Below, one piece after another: positions 7,960 to 15,400 of a stretch of DNA of 24,000 bases. Positions within the stretch are counted from its first letter, which is position 1. Every line of letters begins with the position of its first letter. This DNA is from Microcoleus sp. BR0-C5 (GTDB taxonomy: Bacteria; Cyanobacteriota; Cyanobacteriia; Cyanobacteriales; Microcoleaceae). The notes under the pieces are model-generated. The model saw only the letters and a list, made by a program, of their open reading frames with translations. It made no database searches and was not told the origin of the DNA. The stretch lies in NCBI GenBank assembly GCA_036705045.1, contig JAUBTR010000001.1, one strand, 5' to 3'. Both the position numbers and the translations under genes were made by a program.

Positions 7960-9256
7960 CTGTTGACAGAGAATCAATTCTGGGCGCGAGTGGGTGCGGG
8001 AGTTGAACTCTGCTTTGTCAAACTTACCCAAACTTTGCTAAAGCCACCTTTAGCCGCAATTCGGAGTTGACTTCCTGCGCTGTTGGGTGGTCGGCCATCC
8101 CAAGATAAGCAGGCTATCCCCCAATAGCCTTGGGTTCCCAATTTAAAATATTTAAACTGGCATTGAGATCGCGATCTATTGAGGAGCCACAAGCAGGACA
8201 ATCATAAGTCCGAACGCTTAGTGGCATATCTTTTTTATGCCCGCAATTCGCACAAGTCTTAGAACTGGGGAACCATCGATCCACCAGCACTAAATTCGCT
8301 CCATACATTTTGCACTTATAATTTAGCTGCCGCCTGAATTCGTAAAACCCTAAGTCGGATATTGCCCCAGCCAACTTGTGATTTGCCATTATTCCGCTTA
8401 CGTTCAAGTCTTCTATATTGATTGACTTGAAAGTTTTAGCTAAATAAGTCGTTAACTTTTGAAGGAAATCTTTGCGAATGCAAGCTATTCGTGCGTGAAG
8501 TCTGCCGAGCTTGTTGTAAGTTTTGCGCTGATTGTTTGAGGCTTTTATTTGTCTTGATGCCTTGCGCTGCAACCGTGCAAGCTTGGTTTTCGCTTGCTTT
8601 AATGGCTTTGGTGCATCAAACACTTGACTGTTTGACAGGGTAGCAAAATATTTAATACCCACGTCAATCCCTACAGAGCTTTCGGGTTGTTGAATTGGTA
8701 AAAGTTCCGCATCAACACAGAAAGAGACGAACCAGCGATTTCCTTCTTGTGAAATGGTAAAAGTTTGAGAGACAAAACCGCATTCCAGTGGCTCGTGAAG
8801 TCGAAAAGTTCCCAGCGTGGGAATCTTAATGGTGTTGCCAGCAGTTAGTAAAACTTTTCCATTAGACGAATCAACCGTGAATGATTGCCCATCCCGGCGG
8901 CTGGCAAATTTCGGATGATCGGCTTTTCCCAAGCGATACCGACTGAACGCATCTTTCAAGTCTATCAAAGCGTTTTGGTAAACTCGACTGGACAACTGGT
9001 TCATCCAAGCGCATTCAGGTTGTTTCTTGACGTGGTGGGTGAGAACTTTCTTGACTTCGTTGATGACCTTTGAGTCTGAAAAATTGCCCTCACCGTACAT
9101 TTGGACTCGCAAGCTCAATCCCATGTTAAATACTACACGCCGGAATCCTGCGTGTTTTGCCATCAAGGTTGCTTCCCTATTATTCAATTTGAGCGCTCGC
9201 TTGACGGCAAACATGGAACTTCCTCTCAACAATCAACTTTAGATAAGTTTAGCAAA
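7960..9256 (-). mobile_element. TnpB-only IS200/IS605-family element (boundaries approximate) between ftsQ and ftsZ
   Basis: tnpB plus about 150 bp of non-coding tail downstream of its stop. That tail is where the right end and omega RNA scaffold are expected by analogy to characterised TnpB elements. No tnpA is present. The left boundary must lie within 42 bp of the ftsQ stop. The ends were not determined. Confidence 0.55.
8114..9214 (-). CDS. tnpB: TnpB (OrfB) RNA-guided endonuclease, apparently intact
   Basis: RuvC triad contexts GIDVGIKYF, INIEDLNVSG and DRDLNASLNI, with zinc finger CANCGH...CPACG. The ORF-track start at 9232 is a TTG directly after a stop. ATG 9214 (MFAVKRALKLN) has GAGAGGAAG 5-13 nt upstream. 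Confidence 0.9.
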   Translation of the reverse strand: MFAVKRALKLNNREATLMAKHAGFRRVVFNMGLSLRVQMYGEGNFSDSKVINEVKKVLTHHVKKQPECAWMNQLSSRVYQNALIDLKDAFSRYRLGKADHPKFASRRDGQSFTVDSSNGKVLLTAGNTIKIPTLGTFRLHEPLECGFVSQTFTISQEGNRWFVSFCVDAELLPIQQPESSVGIDVGIKYFATLSNSQVFDAPKPLKQAKTKLARLQRKASRQIKASNNQRKTYNKLGRLHARIACIRKDFLQKLTTYLAKTFKSINIEDLNVSGIMANHKLAGAISDLGFYEFRRQLNYKCKMYGANLVLVDRWFPSSKTCANCGHKKDMPLSVRTYDCPACGSSIDRDLNASLNILNWEPKAIGG

Positions 9257-10144
9257 CTATTTAGCAATTAAGTCCGACTCCAAACTGCCGGGGAGTTCTG
9301 GCAAATGGACGATCGGCGAAGCAGGATTTTTCAAGTCAATGTAGGCTATGAGGCTTGAATCTATCTGTTTTGGCAATTGTCGCATTCGGTCTAAAACCTT
9401 AAGTTGCTCCGCAGTCTTGGAACTGTACGGCCCTAAGTGTACGGTACCGATCTCTGTTTTCAAGATCAAGTTGTTCGGGTTTTGCCAATTAATCTCAAAC
9501 ACTTTCACCGTCAAGCCGCTGAGTCCTTGGTAAAACTTCGGCCAAGAGGCGCGATACTGTTCCAAAGGCCCGATGACTTTTAAAGTGGGCAAAGAACGCT
9601 GAGGCTGCGTTCCCGGAATGCTGCCTGGCCCGATCGAACTATTCTGCGATCGTACAGCAGTATAACTATCCGACGGCATCCAACCTCCGCGAGCGTCCAG
9701 CCACCCCACTTTTTCCTTGTCACTGTTCGATCTCAACACCGCCGTCGGCTGCGCCACCGCCACCGGCAGCCGTTCTGCCACTTCTATAGTCAAACTCGGC
9801 GGAAACAAGTTACGAGTCACCTTCGCTTTAGCGATGGGTCCCGTTGACTCCAGCTTTTGGGCCAGCGCCTGCGGTTGAATCCCCCACAGCGACTGCGGGT
9901 AAGACAGCGGCACCAAAGACCGCACCGCCTTATCCGATAGCCACTGATTGCCCTCCACCTTCACTTGTTCCGATCGGGCAATCAACCAAGCCGGCTGCCC
10001 AATCCACCACAGCAAACCTCCGGCGATCGCGCTCGCTGCCAGCATTTGCCACACAACAGCCGCCAATCGAGCGCGACGGAGCTGCCGCAACTTTTGGCGT
10101 CTGCGCCCTAACTCTGTTTGAGAAACCGCTCCAAAACTAGCCAT
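9257..10144 (-). CDS. ftsQ: Cell division protein FtsQ/DivIB
   Basis: 295 aa. A basic N-terminus is followed by one TM helix (AAVVWQMLAASAIAGGLLWWI). A POTRA-like segment follows (VKVEGNQWLSDKAVRSLV...LTIEVAERLPVA). The gene sits upstream of ftsZ on the same strand. Confidence 0.8.
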   Translation of the reverse strand: MASFGAVSQTELGRRRQKLRQLRRARLAAVVWQMLAASAIAGGLLWWIGQPAWLIARSEQVKVEGNQWLSDKAVRSLVPLSYPQSLWGIQPQALAQKLESTGPIAKAKVTRNLFPPSLTIEVAERLPVAVAQPTAVLRSNSDKEKVGWLDARGGWMPSDSYTAVRSQNSSIGPGSIPGTQPQRSLPTLKVIGPLEQYRASWPKFYQGLSGLTVKVFEINWQNPNNLILKTEIGTVHLGPYSSKTAEQLKVLDRMRQLPKQIDSSLIAYIDLKNPASPIVHLPELPGSLESDLIAK

Positions 10145-10481
10145 CTACCTCTTGACAATATAGTAATTAAGCATTAGCACAAATTCAAAACTGTTTAATC
10201 TCTCTCTCTTGAACCCTGTTTTCCCCTACCATTTAACCAGATCCCCGCAAATTTACCCAGACTCCGGCGAATATCAGTAATATCACGGATACCGCTAAGT
10301 AATAAAAAATTATTAATTAAAAATTCCCAATTCCAGCGCCGGGAAAACCCCTTACCAGATCAAGGTTATTTGGGTATTTAGGGCATTACCCCACAGGGCA
10401 AAAGGTTACAAATCAAACTAAACTCAAGTAAAGAAAGTTTAGACTTTCGATTAACTTTTTAACTTTTATTCGGCTTCAATT

Positions 10482-11813
10482 GTGATCGCACTCGAATTAG
10501 ACAGATTCTATAAAGCCTGCAACCCCAGCAAGACCCTTGTTGCGGGAGACCCAGGGGATTATCAATACTACATTGATTTTGGTTCCGTGCGTGGCGGCAA
10601 AATCATTGAATCTTTACAGCGAACCATTACCCGCATCTCCCCCAACGAGCCAACCTGTCAGCTATTTACAGGACATATCGGGTGTGGCAAATCTACGGAA
10701 TTGTTTCGACTAAAAGCTGAGTTAGAGCAAGAGGGTTTTTGCGTCGTCTACTTTGAGTCTTCCCAAGACTTAGACATGGGGGATGTAGATATCAGCGATA
10801 TTTTGCTGAGCATTGCGCGCCAAGTCAGCGAAACTATGGAATCGGCTAAAATCAAACTCAGACCGAGCTATTTTACAAATCTGTTTGCAGAAGTGGCAGA
10901 ATTTTTGCAGACTCCCATAGATTTGTCAGCGGAAGCCGAGTTATCTGTAGGCATTGCTAGAGTGACTGCTAAAACTAAAGACTCTCCCAAACTGCGATCG
11001 CAACTTAGGCAATATCTCGAACCCCGCACCAACAGCATTTTGCAGTCCATCAACGAAGAACTCCTCAACAAAGCTAACGCCGAACTCAAGCAGCAAGGCA
11101 AAAAAGGGCTCGCAGTCATCGTTGACAACCTCGATCGCCTCGATGCCTCCCTCAAACCCAGCGGACGCACCCAGCCAGAATATCTGTTTTTAGACCGAGG
11201 CGAACAGTTGAAAAAACTTAATTGCCATGTTGTCTACACGATTCCCCTGACTTTGATTTTTTCCAACGACTTCGGCCGCCTCGCCAGTCGATTTGGAGTC
11301 AAGCCCAAGGTGATGCCGATGGTACCAGTGCAAGTGCGATCGGGCGACGACCACATTGAAGGAATGGCACTGCTGCGGCAGCTAGTATTAGCTAGAGCTT
11401 TCCCCGCAGTTCCTCCCCATCAACGCATCGATTTGATTTCCCAGGTGTTTGACTCTCCCGAAACTTTAGATCGGCTTTGTCGGATTAGTGGCGGTCACGT
11501 TCGCAATCTACTGATGCTTTTGTATAGCTGTTTGCAGCACGAAGACCCTCCCTTCTCTCGCGAATGCCTCGAAAGCGTCATTCAAGAATATCGCGATGAC
11601 CTTTTGGGAGCCATCAATGACCTGGAATGGGAATTGCTGTTTCAAGTCGTCAACCGACAAAGTGTCACCGGCGAAGAAGAATCTCAAATCTTGTTGCGAA
11701 GTATGTTTGTCTTTGAATACCGCGATCAAGAAGGTCGTTGGTTTGGGATTAATCCAGCCCTAGCAGAAACCAGAAAATATAAGGAGTGGCAGCAGCGCAC
11801 TGAAGCAAAATAG
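10482..11813 (+). CDS. P-loop NTPase, minimal STAND/ORC-like ATPase without a repeat or effector domain
   Basis: 443 aa with a GTG start. Walker A is GHIGCGKST (10671-10697), Walker B is LAVIVDNLDRLD (about 11111-11146), and a sensor/helical region includes ISGGHVRNLLMLL. I saw no TPR, WD40 or enzymatic domain. The family was not identified. Confidence 0.7.
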   Translation: MIALELDRFYKACNPSKTLVAGDPGDYQYYIDFGSVRGGKIIESLQRTITRISPNEPTCQLFTGHIGCGKSTELFRLKAELEQEGFCVVYFESSQDLDMGDVDISDILLSIARQVSETMESAKIKLRPSYFTNLFAEVAEFLQTPIDLSAEAELSVGIARVTAKTKDSPKLRSQLRQYLEPRTNSILQSINEELLNKANAELKQQGKKGLAVIVDNLDRLDASLKPSGRTQPEYLFLDRGEQLKKLNCHVVYTIPLTLIFSNDFGRLASRFGVKPKVMPMVPVQVRSGDDHIEGMALLRQLVLARAFPAVPPHQRIDLISQVFDSPETLDRLCRISGGHVRNLLMLLYSCLQHEDPPFSRECLESVIQEYRDDLLGAINDLEWELLFQVVNRQSVTGEEESQILLRSMFVFEYRDQEGRWFGINPALAETRKYKEWQQRTEAK

Positions 11814-11925
11814 TTGGGATTTTTGAGATAGCTTTGTGACTCTAAGAACCCTTAACCACGAAGGACTTAGAAAGTATTTAACTGAAAACTCATCGCTCAC
11901 ATATCCGAAATCTTACCATCCAATA

Positions 11926-11965
11926 CAGAAATCAGTCAGCGGTTTTTGCCACTGGCTGATTTCTG
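11926..11965 (+). other. 17-bp-arm imperfect hairpin downstream of the 443-aa gene
   Basis: CAGAAATCAGTCAGCGG, loop TTTTTG, then CCACTGGCTGATTTCTG (2 mismatches, one of them a G-U). No T-tract follows, so a terminator role is uncertain. Confidence 0.35.
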
Positions 11966-12384
11966 TTGAATGCTGGCTATAGGCGGTGAATGTTATTGCC
12001 GTGTAAAACTTTGCAGCCACTAAGGACTTTGCCCACTCTCAACTCTGATATCTGCAATGTCAGACCCCCTATGTCTGTTTTTTACCTGTTGCTCTTAATT
12101 TCAACTAATCCTATCCCAGAGGACATTTTTTTTGCGGTTGTGTTAAATGCCTGCTACAGATAAAGCGGACTTGTTTACTAATAGCTAGCCGTCGGTATGA
12201 TCGTGAACTTAGCGGTTGGCTATTTATGATCGGTAGTCCTTCTATATATAGCTGAATCAAAAAATCTAAGGGGACATTAAATTTTTATTGGGAAGTCTAG
12301 CATTCTCTGAGATTGAGAGGTATGATATCTTTACATTAGCTCTAATAACTATGTAAGTATTGATAGAAGAAGTACGGAAAACTA

Positions 12385-12447
12385 CGTATTTATACAGAGA
12401 GAAAGCGCCCAACAGAGACGGGTATCTCTGTAGAAATACGCTTTTTG
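12385..12447 (+). terminator. Terminator- or attenuator-like hairpin about 50 nt upstream of the giant ORF
   Basis: CGTATTTATACAGAGA (12385-12400) pairs with TCTCTGTAGAAATACG (12425-12440) at 15 of 16 positions, followed directly by CTTTTTG. A second ACAGAGA at 12412-18 can pair with the same TCTCTGT, giving alternative folds. Confidence 0.4.
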
Positions 12448-12497
12448 TCAGGAGTGGCGAGGGTTAGGTAATTGATTTATGCAAAAGAGGTGCACCC

Positions 12498-15400
12498 ATG
12501 ACCGATCTAATTAAGGTACAAGAAACTGCCAACTACAACGAGCGATCGCTCAAAACTCTGGTCAGGTCCATCACAATGTCTCAACACCAATTCTCGCTAA
12601 TTTTGGTGCGCTGCAACTACGAGCAGTTGCGGCAACAAATAGCGCAGCGGCTGCGAGAAGTGTCCCCAGTTCCAATTCAAGATCTCGTCCTGCCACCTTC
12701 AGTTAAAACCCTCTACACTACTCTGCTCTCAAGCACTTTCCACGAGGGGTACTCGCCTGTCGGTGCCGCCTCGGCTTTGATGGTATTCGGTTTAGAAACA
12801 GTAGTAGCGATCGACGAACTGATGGCTTCTACCAATCAAGTGCGAGACGAATTTCGCAAAAATTTTTCCTGCCCAGTGATTTTGTGGGTAACAGATGACA
12901 TCGTAACCAAAATGATTCGTCTGGCCCCGGATTTCAAAAGTTGGGCCGCCGCCACAATTAAATTTGAAATGGGCGTTGACGAATTAATTAATTTCCTCGC
13001 TAGGCGGGCCGATACTATATTTAAAATAGGCGAACTCAATCAAGAACTCGCCAGTAGCAACGTCAGCACCATCGCTAATTGTGAGACCTGCGAAACCCAG
13101 TGCGAAAAACGCGGCCTGGAGCGCGAAATCAGCCCTGGAGAACGCTTTCTAACTTTTAACTCAGAGCCTCAAAACCGACGACAATCAGATATCCACTCGT
13201 ATTCGCCGTTGAGTCCCGGCAATACCTTCGATTTGGCGATCGGCTCTTTGCCACGCCGAGAACTAGAATTAGCTTTAAGAGATTTACAAAATCGCGGTGA
13301 AGAATTAGAACCCGCCCTCAAAGCCAGCCTGCAATTCGTTCTCGGTCGAGATTACTATGTCAGCGACCAAACCGAAACTGCCTTAATTCACTACCAAGAA
13401 AGTTTAGTATTTTGGCAGCAGAAAACGGGCCACTGGGAACTGGAAAAGTTGGAACATTCCGAAAACCCAGAAACCTTCTCCTCCTTGTCGAATCCTGTCC
13501 CCAAAATTTTATTTTTAGAGAGAGAAGGCATAGTGCTGTTTCACATAGCCCTGTGTCACCGCTTGCAAGCAGCCAGAAATCCGGTAGCCAACCGCCACCA
13601 CTGGGAACAAGCTTGGATTTGCCTCGAACAATCTAGAAACGCTTTCTCTCTTGCATCACGCCTCGAATTGGTAGCTGAGGTGACAGCACACCTCGGAGAA
13701 GTGCTGCAGCGCCTGAAAGCTTGGGGAGAGTTGCAAGCTTTAGCTGAAAATTCTTTGCAGTTGCACTTCACTTACGGTACTCCCAGCCAACTAGCTCAAG
13801 ATTACGGCTTTTTGGCTGAAGTTGCCCTGCAAGAGTCGAGGTGGAGTCAAGCCCGCCAGCTAGCCGAGTTGGCTTTGGCGATTTTGGATCAAACGCCTAA
13901 TGATTTGAGATTGCTGATTGAAGATTTGAGATTGGGGTTTGAGGGAAATTATCCAGAATTTGTGGGCCCTAACGAGTCAAGTAACGAACTTAAATCTAAA
14001 ATCCAACATCCCAAATCCGACAGGAGTTCGTATCTTTTACTTTTAGCCCGCAGTTTGCGGCAGCTAGGCCAGTGGGAAGCGGCGGTTCATTCTTTGGAGT
14101 TGGCTCAATCTCAAAGCGAGCCGAAGTACGACCCCCGACTTTACATCGATATTTTGACGGAATTGCAAGCGGTTTATTTCGAGCAGGGAGAGTATCTTAA
14201 AGCGTTTCGGATTAAAAAAACCCAGCGTTCGATCGAATATCAATACGGATTTAGAGCTTTTATCGGAGCCAGCCAATTGCAGCAGCAGCGCCAAGCGGTC
14301 AATCCTTCAGGTCCCTCAGCTCAAAACCAAGCTGCCCTCGCAGCGTCCATGACAGCTTACTCGCGCCAAACAGATATCAATAGCTTGCTAGAAAGAATTA
14401 GCAGGGACGACCATAAATTAACTATTATTCACGGGCCCAGCGGAGTCGGGAAAAGTTCTCTAGTCAATGCCGGCTTAGTACCAGCTTTGAAAAATATTAC
14501 TCCGGGCGCGCGCGATACATTGCCCGTATTAGTCAAAGTTTACACTGACTGGCTGGTGGAGTTAGAAAATGCTTTGAACAGCGCACTGTACGACAAACAA
14601 GCCGAAGAGGAAAGTAAATTAATCTCGAAAGGACTACAGGAAATCCACAAAAAAAGTTGCTCGGTTATTCCTGCTCGCAGCTCGGAAGTCTCTTCTTTTA
14701 TTATAGAACAGTTGCGCGAAAATGCCACAAATAATTTGTTAACTGTGCTGATTTTCGATCAATTTGAAGAGTTTTTCTTTGTTTCGACTTCTGTGGCACA
14801 AAGACAACTTTTTTATAATTTTTTGCGTTTGTTTTTGAACTTGCCTTATGTCAAGATAATTCTGTGCTTGCGCGAAGATTATTTGCACTACTTACTAGAT
14901 TGCGATCGCTTCCCAAATCTTGACGCTATTAACAATAATATTCTCGACAAAAGCATCCGCTACCAACTGCGGAGTTTTTCTATCAAAGACGCGCGGGCTG
15001 TCATTGGACACTTAACAGAACGGGCGGAATTTTATTTAGAGCCGGCACTGATCGATGCCTTCGTAGAAGATTTAGCAGACGAACTGCAAGAAGTCCGACC
15101 AATCGAATTGCAGGTAGTAGGAGCGCAACTGCAAGAAGAAGGTATTACCAGTCTAGCACAATACCAGCAATTGGGGGACAATCCCAAAGCGGAATTAGTG
15201 AAACGCTCGCTCGAAAGAGTCATCTCTGACTGCGGGCCCGTTAACGAAGACGCAGCTTGGAAAATCTTGTTTTCCCTAACAGATGAAAGAGGCGTTCGAC
15301 TGATAAAAACCAAACACGAACTCTCGTTAGTTACAGGTCAGCAGCCGGCCGATGCCCGCGAAACCGAATTATCGGCGATCGGCAGAAACAGAATTTCCCT

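Noticed and set aside
7847-7963. 38-aa + strand ORF (MDTSPRRGALSKNSADF...) in the ftsZ upstream region
   Set aside because: It is too short, has no RBS and no recognisable features, and lies in the likely ftsZ promoter / IS-end region.
7974-8201. 75-aa minus-strand ORF overlapping the tnpB 3' end and downstream tail
   Set aside because: It overlaps the tnpB coding end in another frame. It extends into the region expected to be the non-coding right end and omega RNA, and no protein features are evident.
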